Shown here piece after piece: positions 19,671-29,659 of a DNA stretch of 64,000 bases (positions are counted from its first letter, which is position 1; each line of letters opens with the position of its first letter). Both the position numbers and the translations under genes were made by a program. This DNA is from Bacteroidota bacterium (GTDB taxonomy: Bacteria > Bacteroidota > Bacteroidia > CAILMK01): assembly GCA_036846145.1 (NCBI GenBank), contig DAIUCM010000004.1, positions 1,846 through 65,845 on the forward strand, read 5' to 3'. The notes beneath the pieces are model-generated. The model was not told the DNA's origin and did not search any database. It worked only from the letters and a program-made list of their open reading frames with translations.

Positions 19671-20534
19671 ATGGCAAGACAAAAAAGACATCTAGGTTTA
19701 CCGCAAGTAAATGATCTTTTTAAACCAGTCCTTCAGGCATTAATTAAATTAGGCGGCTCTGGAAATATTGAAGAAATGAATGAACAGGTTTATGAGATAA
19801 TCAATATTCCTGAAGAGCTATTGAATTTACCGCATGGCGATGACGGACGAACAGAAATTGAATATCGGCTTGCATGGGCGAGAACTTTTCTAAAAAAATA
19901 TGGACTTATAAATAATTCGGCAAGAAGTGTTTGGGCCTTGACCAAATCAAATATTAATTTAAATGAAATCGATCCAGTTCTTATTGATAAAACGGTTAGA
20001 AAATCTGCCAGAGTTACACAGGTAGATAACAAAATACCTATAAAGCATGATATAGAAACTGAGGTTGAAGTTGCAGACTGGAAGGATCAATTATTGGATA
20101 AATTATATAATATTTCTCCTAGCTCATTTGAACGGCTTGCGCAACGACTCTTGCGAGAAAGCGGATTTATACAAGTTGAGGTAACTGGAAAAACTGGTGA
20201 TGGCGGCATTGATGGAAAAGGAATAGTCAGGATTAATGGATTTCTAAGTTTTCATGTAATCTTTCAATGTAAAAGGTATAAAAGCTCAGTAAGCCCAAGT
20301 CAGATTAGAGATTTTAGGGGAGCAATGCAAGGAAGAGCTGACAAAGGTTTATTTATAACAACAGGAACATTTACACGGGAAGCAACAAAAGAAGCAACCC
20401 GAGATGGCGCACCGCCAATAGATTTAATTGATGGTGAATTATTATGTGAAAAGCTGAAAGAGTTGAAATTAGGAATTGAAATTGAATTAGTTGAGAATGT
20501 AACAATCAGAACAGATTGGTTTGATCAGCTTTAA
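19671..20534 (+). CDS. mrr: Mrr-family type IV (modification-dependent) restriction endonuclease
   Basis: An N-terminal Mrr_N wHTH plus the catalytic core GDGGIDGKGIV...FQCKRY. The gene is AT-rich. Confidence 0.8.
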   Translation: MARQKRHLGLPQVNDLFKPVLQALIKLGGSGNIEEMNEQVYEIINIPEELLNLPHGDDGRTEIEYRLAWARTFLKKYGLINNSARSVWALTKSNINLNEIDPVLIDKTVRKSARVTQVDNKIPIKHDIETEVEVADWKDQLLDKLYNISPSSFERLAQRLLRESGFIQVEVTGKTGDGGIDGKGIVRINGFLSFHVIFQCKRYKSSVSPSQIRDFRGAMQGRADKGLFITTGTFTREATKEATRDGAPPIDLIDGELLCEKLKELKLGIEIELVENVTIRTDWFDQL

Positions 20535-20582
20535 TTTTAAGAATTTCCATATTTAACTTCGTCAAAAATACTTTAAACCTGA

Positions 20583-20620
20583 AACAAAAAAGCCGCTCCG
20601 AAATTTTCGGAGCGGCTTGT
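20583..20620. terminator. Bidirectional terminator between the convergent Mrr and YceI genes
   Basis: The stem gccgctccgaaa / tttcggagcggc has flanking A and T runs. Confidence 0.7.
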
Positions 20621-20646
20621 CCATATATGCTTATCGCTAAAAATGC

Positions 20647-21372
20647 TTAGTGTCCGTGACCTTCGTGGCTTTCGCCGCCAGCTGTATTACCGCCATCTTG
20701 CTTATTCGCTACCAGGTCAATATCTAAAGTAATATCGTTGCTGATGATTTTATTACCGGCCAGGTTTTTAAAGAAGCTTTCGGAATCGTAGCGAACATCA
20801 AACTTGCTGCGGTCAATTATTACGCGCGCTTTAGCTGTTGCTTTATCGTCCTTCACTTCAATTTTTGCCGGGAAGCCGATATTCTGCGTTTTATCTTTAA
20901 TTGTTAAATTACCTTCAACCCAGGTATTATTATCGTTTATTGATGAATCTTTTACAGAAGTAATTTCAAATTTAGAAGTCGGGTATTTCGCAACATCAAA
21001 AAAATCAGGGCTCTTTAAGTGGCCAACCAGTTTAGATTGTTTCTGGTCCTGCCCTTTCAGGTCCAGGCTGTTAACGCTGTTCATATCCATTACAAAAGTT
21101 CCGCCGGTAATTCTGTTTCCGGCAACCATAATATCACTTTCCTTCAGGTTTACGGTTCCGTTGTGCGAATCGCCGATATCAATTTTCTTGTGCCCTTCCC
21201 ATTTGAATGAACTTGCATTGGTATCAACAACATAGGCAACGGCTTCGGTACTGCTTTGCTCAACAGATTTTGCATCGGTAATTTGCGCTTCTGTTCCGCT
21301 TTTTGGGCCATTATCGCAAGCTGTAAGCGAAAGTGTTGCAATAGCTAAGGCCGATAAAAATACTTTTTTCAT
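20647..21372 (-). CDS. YceI-family lipoprotein (polyisoprenoid-binding-like)
   Basis: A 241-aa ORF with lipobox LTAC and a YceI-like beta-barrel sequence. Confidence 0.75.
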   Translation of the reverse strand: MKKVFLSALAIATLSLTACDNGPKSGTEAQITDAKSVEQSSTEAVAYVVDTNASSFKWEGHKKIDIGDSHNGTVNLKESDIMVAGNRITGGTFVMDMNSVNSLDLKGQDQKQSKLVGHLKSPDFFDVAKYPTSKFEITSVKDSSINDNNTWVEGNLTIKDKTQNIGFPAKIEVKDDKATAKARVIIDRSKFDVRYDSESFFKNLAGNKIISNDITLDIDLVANKQDGGNTAGGESHEGHGH

Positions 21373-21435
21373 TAGTTAGTCTTTTTATTTGATAATATTA
21401 TTTGTTGCAACAAATATAATACAATTCTCGCATTT

Positions 21436-21942
21436 TTAACCCAAAAATACACTTTCTTCAGCGTCCAGCTTTACACTTACATGTTCCTGCAAAGTGGTAG
21501 CCAGCTCCATACCAATATAAGTTGGCTGTATAGGAAAGTGTAAATGGTTGCGGTGAATCAGCACCAGGCATTGCAGTTTCTTGGCGTTTGCTGTTAGAAA
21601 AGGTACTGCTGCGTAGGCCAGCGTTTTGCCGGTATAAAGCACGTCATCACAAAGTATTACGGCTTTGTTTTGCAGGTTTTGTATGGAAGGTTGCAGCGAA
21701 ATAGTATCAGCGTGTAAATTTTCTTTATCTAAAACCACTTTACTCAGCTCCAGCGAAAACGGCGAAATTTCTTTCAGTTTTTCATAAACTTTCTGCGCCA
21801 GCAAAAAGCCGCGTTCCGCAATGCCGCATATCAAAAGCTGCTCTTCATCGAAGTTATTCTCGTATATCTGGTATGCCAGGCGGTTTATTTTCTGGCTGAT
21901 CTGCGTTGCATCTAAAATTAAAGTAGGCTGTGTAATCGACAT
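21436..21942 (-). CDS. Phosphoribosyltransferase-family protein
   Basis: A 168-aa ORF with the PRPP-binding motif VILCDDVLYTGKT. Confidence 0.75.
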   Translation of the reverse strand: MSITQPTLILDATQISQKINRLAYQIYENNFDEEQLLICGIAERGFLLAQKVYEKLKEISPFSLELSKVVLDKENLHADTISLQPSIQNLQNKAVILCDDVLYTGKTLAYAAVPFLTANAKKLQCLVLIHRNHLHFPIQPTYIGMELATTLQEHVSVKLDAEESVFLG

Positions 21943-22023
21943 AATTGTGCAAATTTATACGAAGTGTTTGCAAATATTACCAAAAAATCATAATTTTGCA
22001 GCTTATTAACGCATTGAAGAAAA

Positions 22024-22269
22024 ATGAAACAGGAAATCCATCCTAAAACATACAGACTGGTTGTTTTCAGAGACATGACAAACAACCATGAGTTTTTGGT
22101 ACGTTCATGTGTAAACACAAGAGACACAACCACTTTCGAAGGGCAGGAATATCCTTTATTTAAATTGGATATCAGTAATTCATCCCACCCTTTCTTCACC
22201 GGTAAAAAAGTATTTCTGGATACTGCAGGCCGCGTAGAGAAATTCATGAAAAAATACCAGAAGAAGTAA
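22024..22269 (+). CDS. rpmE: 50S ribosomal protein L31, type B
   Basis: An 81-aa ORF starting MKQEIHPKTYRLVVFRDMTNNHEFLVRS with no CxxC. Confidence 0.9.
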   Translation: MKQEIHPKTYRLVVFRDMTNNHEFLVRSCVNTRDTTTFEGQEYPLFKLDISNSSHPFFTGKKVFLDTAGRVEKFMKKYQKK

Positions 22270-22297
22270 ATTTCTACTACTTCTTTCTTATAATGTA

Positions 22298-22327
22298 AGC
22301 CCCGTTAGTTAATTTCGGGGCTTTGTT
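22298..22327 (+). terminator. rpmE terminator
   Basis: The stem gccccg / cggggc is followed by tttgtt. Confidence 0.7.
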
Positions 22328-22337
22328 ATGTTATACT

Positions 22338-23537
22338 ATGTCTGAAAATATAATACTTTGGGATTATACTTCCCATAAAGCGCTGCTGCCCTTTACATTT
22401 ACCCGTCCGGCTGCCCTTATCCGCTGCGGAATTTTAACCATTGCAGAAAAATATTCGCACTATTTTAAAAGTGAGGTTTCATTTTTTACTGAAGAATACC
22501 TGCAAAGAAAATTCACCCTTAGCATACATAAAGGTTCAAACCTTTTAATTAACGCTACTATTTTGCCCGATGATAATTTCATCAATGCCTGTAATAACCT
22601 TGCAGCCGGTGAAGTGCTTATGCAGGATGATGTTTTCCTGGCCGGGAAATTAAGCGCTGATGAAATTTCGCATATAGCAGGTTCGGAAAAAATACCTTCC
22701 GCCAAGCAACGAAATTATAATGAAAGCATTTCTGCCATTAACCATATATGGGATATTTTCTCCCGTAACGACCAGGAATTGCGTAAAGATTTCGCATTGC
22801 TGACAAAGGGAAGAAAATCTCAGCCGATACACGAGAGCAATTATGTAAAAAATGCTGAAAATATATTTTTAGAGGAAGGCGCCAAAGTAGAAAACGCAAG
22901 CCTGAATGCATCTGACGGACCAATTTATTTGGCTGCAGATGCTGAAATTATGGAAGGCAGCCTTGTTCGCGGCCCGTTTAGTCTGGGCGAACATTCGCAA
23001 CTGAAACTTGGCGCAAAGATATACGGCGCTACAACCATTGGCCCGCATTGTAAGGTTGGCGGCGAGGTAAACAACAGCGTGTTTTTCGGCTATGCCAATA
23101 AAGCGCACGATGGTTTTGTAGGTAACGCTGTAATTGGCGAATGGTGTAATTTAGGCGCGGACAGCAACAATTCAAACCTTAAAAACAATTACGAAGAAGT
23201 AAAAGTGTGGAGCTATGAGAAAAATGGCTTCGCACGCACAGGATTGCAATTTGCCGGCTTGTTTATGGGCGATCATAGCAAATGCGGCATCAATACCATG
23301 TTTAATACAGGAACGGTTGTCGGCGTAAGCGCGAATATTTTCGGCGGCGGTTTTCCACGCAATTTCATTCCTTCTTTCAGCTGGGGCGGCTCTTCCGGCT
23401 TTACAACTTACCAGCTGAATAAAGCTTTGGATACGGCGCAAAAAGTTTTCGAAAGGCGTAAAATACAGCTCAGCGAAGTTGATACTGCCATACTGAATCA
23501 TATCTTTGAAGAAACGAAACAGCACAGAAACTTTTAG
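22338..23537 (+). CDS. Putative sugar nucleotidyltransferase, GlmU-like, with left-handed beta-helix repeats
   Basis: A nucleotidyltransferase-like N-half is followed by C-terminal hexapeptide repeats (GATTIGPHCKVGGEV...). I take the start at the ATG at 22338. Confidence 0.6.
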   Translation: MSENIILWDYTSHKALLPFTFTRPAALIRCGILTIAEKYSHYFKSEVSFFTEEYLQRKFTLSIHKGSNLLINATILPDDNFINACNNLAAGEVLMQDDVFLAGKLSADEISHIAGSEKIPSAKQRNYNESISAINHIWDIFSRNDQELRKDFALLTKGRKSQPIHESNYVKNAENIFLEEGAKVENASLNASDGPIYLAADAEIMEGSLVRGPFSLGEHSQLKLGAKIYGATTIGPHCKVGGEVNNSVFFGYANKAHDGFVGNAVIGEWCNLGADSNNSNLKNNYEEVKVWSYEKNGFARTGLQFAGLFMGDHSKCGINTMFNTGTVVGVSANIFGGGFPRNFIPSFSWGGSSGFTTYQLNKALDTAQKVFERRKIQLSEVDTAILNHIFEETKQHRNF

Positions 23538-23585
23538 TCAATTACGAATTAATAATTACCAATTACGAATGTTGCTTCGCCAATA

Positions 23586-23631
23586 TTCATTCAATCTTAC
23601 ATTCATTCAATCATACATTCATTCAATACAA
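23586..23631. repeat. A 16-bp tandem repeat in three copies, abutting the tpiA start codon
   Basis: attcattcaatcttac, attcattcaatcatac and attcattcaataca are followed by ACATG. Confidence 0.8.
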
Positions 23632-23632
23632 C

Positions 23633-24394
23633 ATGCGAAACAAGATTATTGCCGGTAACTGGAAGATGTACAATACTTTACAGGACGCAACAAAATTAGT
23701 GAACGATCTTATTATCGAACTGCAGGATTTCGATACAGGAACAAACAGAGCCATTATCATTCCGCCATATTTATATTTAAGAGATCTTAGCGAATCGTTA
23801 AGCCGTAATCCTGATATTTACCTGGGCGCGCAAAACTGCCATTTCGAGAAAGAAGGCGCTTTTACGGGTGAAGTTTCCGCTAAAATGCTGGCGAGTGTTG
23901 GTGTACAATATGTAGTGCTTGGCCACTCGGAAAGAAGAGAATATTTCCAGGAAGACAACGCTATGCTGGCGAAGAAAATAAACGCGGTACTGGCAGAAAA
24001 CCTTATCCCGATTTATTGCTGCGGCGAAACGCTTGAACAGCGCGAAAAGAACAAACATTTTGATGTAATCCAGCAGCAAATTGAAGAAGGTTTGTTTCAC
24101 CTGGACGCCGATGAAATTAAAACTGTAATTGTTGCATATGAGCCGGTTTGGGCCATTGGTACTGGCAAAACCGCATCACCGGAGCAGGCACAGGAAATTC
24201 ATGCGCACATCCGCACGCTTTTCAGCAATAAATACGGGCAGGAAACTGCTGATAATTTACATATTTTATATGGCGGCAGCGTAAAGCCAAACAACGCAGC
24301 GGAACTTTTCGGCCAGCCCGATATTGATGGCGCACTGGTTGGCGGTGCCAGCTTAAAAGCCAGCGATTTTGCAGCCATCATTAAAAGCGCTTAA
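23633..24394 (+). CDS. tpiA: Triosephosphate isomerase
   Basis: IAGNWKM and GHSERR, at 253 aa. Confidence 0.93.
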   Translation: MRNKIIAGNWKMYNTLQDATKLVNDLIIELQDFDTGTNRAIIIPPYLYLRDLSESLSRNPDIYLGAQNCHFEKEGAFTGEVSAKMLASVGVQYVVLGHSERREYFQEDNAMLAKKINAVLAENLIPIYCCGETLEQREKNKHFDVIQQQIEEGLFHLDADEIKTVIVAYEPVWAIGTGKTASPEQAQEIHAHIRTLFSNKYGQETADNLHILYGGSVKPNNAAELFGQPDIDGALVGGASLKASDFAAIIKSA

Positions 24395-24397
24395 ACT

Positions 24398-25237
24398 TTG
24401 CAGGGAATAACTTATTTGGAAGCCGAATTCAGCTCGCCGCAGCAAGATGTATTTGAAATACTGATGGCCGAGTTGGCCGATATTGGCTTTGAGAGCTTTA
24501 CGGAAGAAGAAGATTCACTTAAAGCATTTATACAGAAAGATATATATGCAGAAGCCGACTTCAGCGAACTTTGCGACAGGCTTCTGCATAAATTCCCGTT
24601 CAGCTATAAGCTGCGCGAAATAGCGCCGCAGAACTGGAACGCCGTTTGGGAAAGCAATTTTCCGGATATTACGGTTGATGATAAAGTGCATGTTCGCGCA
24701 CAATTCCATGAGCCAAAGCCGGAGTATCCTATTGAAATAGTCATTCAGCCGAAAATGAGCTTCGGCACCGGCCACCATGCCACCACCTGGAGCGTAATGA
24801 AGCTGATGCTGGACATAGATTTCAGCCATAAAAAAGTTTTTGATTTTGGTACAGGAACCGGAATTCTGGCTATTTTAGCGCAAAAACTGGGCGCTACAGA
24901 AATATGGGCGGTAGATAATGATCCGCAATGCATAGAAAACTCTGAAGAAAACTTTGAGCTGAACGATACGCAGGAAATTAAGCTTGCTTTGGGCGATATT
25001 ACCGCTTTTCAAAATAATACTTACGATATAATAATCGGCAATATTACACGTAATGTTATATTAGCCTTTATTGGGCAAATTGCAACTAATTTAAAGCAGA
25101 ACGGTGTATTTATTGCAAGTGGATTTTATGAAAACGATCTCGCTGTAATTGAGGAAGCTGCCGCTGCGCTTTCGCTGAAATTAAAAACAATGCAAAGCCG
25201 CGATAACTGGTGCGCCGCTGTTTTTACAAAACTATAA
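24398..25237 (+). CDS. prmA: Ribosomal protein L11 methyltransferase
   Basis: A 279-aa ORF with the SAM motif FDFGTGTGILAI. The start is TTG. Confidence 0.8.
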   Translation: MQGITYLEAEFSSPQQDVFEILMAELADIGFESFTEEEDSLKAFIQKDIYAEADFSELCDRLLHKFPFSYKLREIAPQNWNAVWESNFPDITVDDKVHVRAQFHEPKPEYPIEIVIQPKMSFGTGHHATTWSVMKLMLDIDFSHKKVFDFGTGTGILAILAQKLGATEIWAVDNDPQCIENSEENFELNDTQEIKLALGDITAFQNNTYDIIIGNITRNVILAFIGQIATNLKQNGVFIASGFYENDLAVIEEAAAALSLKLKTMQSRDNWCAAVFTKL

Positions 25238-25245
25238 GACTATTT

Positions 25246-28200
25246 ATGATTAAAAGATTCAGCTATTTTTTGTTCGGCCTATATATACTTTTCTCACAAA
25301 ATGCTTTGGCGCAGAAAAAAGATTTCCCTTCAGATCCGAAAATGTTTATTCAGGAGCTGCAGAAATTCTTTAGTGAAGATAAGCGCCAGGAAAGCCAGGA
25401 TGCGATTAAGATATTTTCAGAAGCATGGAACAAGAATGCTTATACTGCCGATGAGCAGGCCGAAATTATTGCCATGGCCAATTACATGCAGCAGGCCAAA
25501 CTGCGTGTAAATACCGATTTTACGCCTTATGTTGACCTGCTGAACGCTTATAAAAGCAAAAAAATAAGCCTCGATAAACTTAAAAATTATCACGAGGTAG
25601 CAAAACAGCTGATTGATAAATCGAAAAAAGACCTGAAAGATTTTACCGCAACGGCCAATGCTTTATTTAATGACCAGGCACTTTATAAAACGGATGTAAA
25701 AACCTGGAAAATAAGCAGCGATAAATATACTTTCGCCTTTACTAATGAAGCAGTAGTAAACCTCAGCGGAACCGATTTGCAGTTGCTTACGCGTGAAGAT
25801 ACAATGGGCATATATGCAACTGCCGGAAAATACTTCCCCGCTTCGGAAAAATGGATCGGTACAGGTGGAAATGTTTACTGGACGCGTGTTGGCTTTGCTA
25901 AAGACCGTGCCTTTGCCAAACTGCGTAACTATAATCTGAATATGAAAAGCAGTGAATATACTGCCGATTCTGTTGATTTTTCCTTCCCAAAAGTATTTGC
26001 GAAACCCATTTTAGGCAAGCTTCAGGATAAAGCAACAACAGATTTTCTTGGCGCAAAAGCATCTTATCCTCGCTTTAAGAGTTACCAGGCAATATTCGAA
26101 ATAAAAAATATTTTTAATAATATAGATTACAAAGGTGGTTTTACCCTTGAAGGAAACCAGATTTTAGGTACAGGCGTGGATTCCGCCCGTGCGCAGATAA
26201 CCATTAAATACAATAACAAAATTGCTTTACGCGCGCTATCCAACGCTTTCGTTATCAACCCCGATAATATTGCCGCATCGAAAGCAGCCGTTGCGGTTTA
26301 CCTTGACAAAGATTCGGTATTCCACTCGCAGCTTGTATTCAACTACCAGGAAAAAACCCGCCGTTTAAGCCTTAGCCGCGATATTCAGGGCCTTTACGCC
26401 GCTCCTTTTTACAGCACTTATCACCAGCTCGAGTTCATTAGCGGTAACCTTATCTGGCCCATTGATGAAGCGCTCGTACAGTTTAAAACAATCAGTAACC
26501 CCGACCAGGCAAGTGAATTTAAGTCGGGCAGCTTTTTCCGCGAGGCCGAATATATACAGGCGCAGGGCTTGCTTTCCTATCATCCGCTCAAAAAAATTGC
26601 AGGTTTTATTGTAGGTCAGAAATCGCCGATTATTCCTGTAGAAGACCTTGCCAATTACCTGAATAATAAAGTTGAATATATCAACAACCTCCTGTTTCAG
26701 CTTGCAAACCAAGGCTATATATTTTATGATATGGAAGGCAAAAAGATCATTGTTAAAGATAAGCTTATACATTATGTTAACGCAGCTGAAAGCGGGGCCG
26801 ATTTTGATAATATAAAGTTCGAATCGGTTATTTCTGCCAGGCCAAACGCTACAATAAGTTTATTAAATAATGATTTTAAACTGGAAGGTGTGCCGAGAAT
26901 TATGATCTCAGACTCGCAAAGCACTTATTTTCAGCCAACGGAGCAAACAGTAATTATTAAGAAGAACCGCGATATGGTTTTCAGCGGGCAGGTGCACTCG
27001 GGCCGTTTTGATTTTTATGGCAAGGATTTTATTTTTAATTACACACAATTCAATGTAATCCTTAATAATATCGACTCTGTAAAATTCAAGTTCCCTGAAT
27101 ATGATAAGAACGGGAAAGTAATTGGCATGCGTACTATACAGAATTCTTTACAAAACGTTAACGGCTTTTTGTATATAGATAAGCATAGCAATAAATCGGG
27201 AAAGCAAATGCTGGAAGACTACCCTATTTTTGAGTGTAATAAGGAATCGTTTGTTTATTATGACCGTAAGTCGATTTTTAATGGCGTTTATGACAGGGAT
27301 AATTTCTATTATAAAGTAAATCCATTCACTATTAAAAACCTCGATAAATTTACTGCGGAAGGCCTTCGTTTCCCGGGCAGCTTTACATCGGCGGATATTA
27401 TCCCGGAGATTAAGAACGACCTTACTATACAGGAAGATTTTTCACTGGGTTTTATACAGGAATCGCCTGCTGCTGGTTATAATATGTATAAGGGCAAAGG
27501 CAAAGGAACAGGCGTGTTTATGCTCAGTAACAAAGGCTTCCGAAGCAAAGGAACAATTGATTACCTGGTGTCTAAAACCACATCGCAGGAGTTTATGCTT
27601 TTTCCGGATTCAATGAAATCAAAAAGCGATGAATTTAACATGCCGCAAATCGCGAACGGAAAATATCCTCCTGTATTAGGTAAAGGCATTGCCAACCTCT
27701 GGAAACCTTATAAAGACAGTATGTATGTTTACAAAGGCAAGGAGCCAATTTCTGTATATAACGGTAAAATAGATTTTAATGGTAGCTTGATCCTTACACC
27801 TGTTGAACTGGTAGGAACCGGTAACATGGCCTACCAGAATCTTAATTTAACATCCACCGCATTTGCTTTTTTACCCAATAACGTAAAAGCCAAAAGCAGC
27901 GATTTAAGTATAAAAGGCATAGAAACCGGCGGCAAAGCTGCGGTTAAGGCCGATGATATAAACGCGGATATTGATTTAACGAAGGACTTTGGAAAGTTTG
28001 CGGCTAACGTGGACACCAGTAAAGTACAGCTGCCATCCAACAGGTTCTCTACTACGCTAAACAGGTTTACGTACGATATTGGCAATAAAGAAGTTGCATT
28101 TGCCAAGCGCGAAAAACAATCCGCTGAAGACGCCTATTTTATTTCTGAAAATCCGGAACAGGCAGGCTTAAAGTTTGAATCTCAGCGCGCATCTTATAAA

Positions 28201-29658
28201 ATTGAAGCGCAGAATATTACCGCGCAGGATGTTCCTCATTTAAGAATCGCTGACTCCAGGATACAACCGGCCAACAATGAAATTAATATTGAAAAACAGG
28301 GAAATATTGGCACTTTAAAGAACGCGCAGATTATTACGAGCGATGAGCAGCAGCATCACCGTATATACAACGCAACCATTAATATTTTCAGCAAGAATAA
28401 ATTTACAGGTTTTGGAGAGTACGATTATGTTGACCGCACCAATAAAAAGTACAGGTTTACCTTTAATGATGTACGTACAACCGAAACAGGAAAAACAGTT
28501 GCCAAAGGTGTAGTTACCGATACAACAAACCTTTACTTATCGCCTGGCCTGCGTTATTCCGGCAATGTAAATCTTGAAAGCGCCCGTAAAGCGCTTGTTT
28601 TCGATGGTTATGTATTGGCGGAAAACAACAATAAACAACTTCGTACGGAATACATTAAGATTAACGATACGCTGGACCCTGCCAATGTAGTGCTCAATAT
28701 TTCCAGTGGTAAGGCAAAAGATGGTAAAGATCTGTTTACAGGCACGTTTATCGCTTCAGATTCTGCCCATATTTATAATTTATTGAACGGGCGGAAGAAG
28801 AACTTTAATGATGCGCCGGTATTTACAGCCAGCGGAAGCCTTTATTATGATGATAAGGCAGCGGAATTCCGTGTTGGCCCGGCAGCTAAGGTAAAACCTT
28901 TGGAAGAAGGCGCAATGGTAGAAGGTAATATGTTCCGTTACTCACCATCAAAGGATATTGTAAATACAGAAGGTGTATATGATTTTGGCGCAAGCTTAAA
29001 ACATGTTGAAATTGCAACAGCCGGAAAGTACACCTACAAATACTCCGACTCCAGCGATATGTTTGATGTTGTAATGATGGTTGATATTCCATTGAACGAA
29101 GAAGTAGCAAAGCTGATGGCGGACAGTATTATGGAGAATTCAGCTTTTGCAAATGATGTAGATAATACGCCGACAAGTATTCCGAACGCATTCGCCATGC
29201 TGGTTAAGGATAAAAAACAAAAAGAAAAAATAGTAAACGAACTATCATTAAACGGGTTTGTGCCATTTAACGATGCCATAAATAAAACCTTTGTATTTAC
29301 CAGGGTACAAATGTCGTTTAACGATACCAGCAACTCTTTTACATCGGTTGGCCCTCTTGGCCTTGCCAATACCAAAAAAGTAGCTGTAAACAAACAGGTT
29401 GGCGGTTTAATAGAGGTACGAAAAGGCGGCAGAACCGGCGATCGTTTTTACCTTTTGCTTGAATCAACCCCAGGCAGCTACCATTATTTTTATTACAATG
29501 ACGATATTCTATCATATCTTTCCTCAGATTTTACATTTACCGATAAGCTTGCGGCCACAGCAGCTAAAATGGAGAAAACAGTTAAGGGAGGTTTTCGTTA
29601 TAAATTAGCAACCGTGCGTGAAATTGGCAATTTGAAAAAGAAAGGAAGAAAGAAATAG
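25246..29658 (+). CDS. Very large secreted protein of unknown function, about 1470 aa
   Basis: The signal peptide is MIKRFSYFLFGLYILFSQNALAQ. Coding signal is uniform and beta-rich with no recognisable catalytic motif. The C-terminus is lysine-rich. Confidence 0.7.
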   Translation: MIKRFSYFLFGLYILFSQNALAQKKDFPSDPKMFIQELQKFFSEDKRQESQDAIKIFSEAWNKNAYTADEQAEIIAMANYMQQAKLRVNTDFTPYVDLLNAYKSKKISLDKLKNYHEVAKQLIDKSKKDLKDFTATANALFNDQALYKTDVKTWKISSDKYTFAFTNEAVVNLSGTDLQLLTREDTMGIYATAGKYFPASEKWIGTGGNVYWTRVGFAKDRAFAKLRNYNLNMKSSEYTADSVDFSFPKVFAKPILGKLQDKATTDFLGAKASYPRFKSYQAIFEIKNIFNNIDYKGGFTLEGNQILGTGVDSARAQITIKYNNKIALRALSNAFVINPDNIAASKAAVAVYLDKDSVFHSQLVFNYQEKTRRLSLSRDIQGLYAAPFYSTYHQLEFISGNLIWPIDEALVQFKTISNPDQASEFKSGSFFREAEYIQAQGLLSYHPLKKIAGFIVGQKSPIIPVEDLANYLNNKVEYINNLLFQLANQGYIFYDMEGKKIIVKDKLIHYVNAAESGADFDNIKFESVISARPNATISLLNNDFKLEGVPRIMISDSQSTYFQPTEQTVIIKKNRDMVFSGQVHSGRFDFYGKDFIFNYTQFNVILNNIDSVKFKFPEYDKNGKVIGMRTIQNSLQNVNGFLYIDKHSNKSGKQMLEDYPIFECNKESFVYYDRKSIFNGVYDRDNFYYKVNPFTIKNLDKFTAEGLRFPGSFTSADIIPEIKNDLTIQEDFSLGFIQESPAAGYNMYKGKGKGTGVFMLSNKGFRSKGTIDYLVSKTTSQEFMLFPDSMKSKSDEFNMPQIANGKYPPVLGKGIANLWKPYKDSMYVYKGKEPISVYNGKIDFNGSLILTPVELVGTGNMAYQNLNLTSTAFAFLPNNVKAKSSDLSIKGIETGGKAAVKADDINADIDLTKDFGKFAANVDTSKVQLPSNRFSTTLNRFTYDIGNKEVAFAKREKQSAEDAYFISENPEQAGLKFESQRASYKIEAQNITAQDVPHLRIADSRIQPANNEINIEKQGNIGTLKNAQIITSDEQQHHRIYNATINIFSKNKFTGFGEYDYVDRTNKKYRFTFNDVRTTETGKTVAKGVVTDTTNLYLSPGLRYSGNVNLESARKALVFDGYVLAENNNKQLRTEYIKINDTLDPANVVLNISSGKAKDGKDLFTGTFIASDSAHIYNLLNGRKKNFNDAPVFTASGSLYYDDKAAEFRVGPAAKVKPLEEGAMVEGNMFRYSPSKDIVNTEGVYDFGASLKHVEIATAGKYTYKYSDSSDMFDVVMMVDIPLNEEVAKLMADSIMENSAFANDVDNTPTSIPNAFAMLVKDKKQKEKIVNELSLNGFVPFNDAINKTFVFTRVQMSFNDTSNSFTSVGPLGLANTKKVAVNKQVGGLIEVRKGGRTGDRFYLLLESTPGSYHYFYYNDDILSYLSSDFTFTDKLAATAAKMEKTVKGGFRYKLATVREIGNLKKKGRKK

Positions 29659-29659
29659 A

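Noticed and set aside
17458-20534. A multi-gene defence island around Mrr.
   Set aside because: Only Mrr has a recognisable defence domain. The neighbours are lipoproteins and a YceI-family protein with ordinary composition. No methyltransferase, helicase, nuclease or ATPase partners are present.
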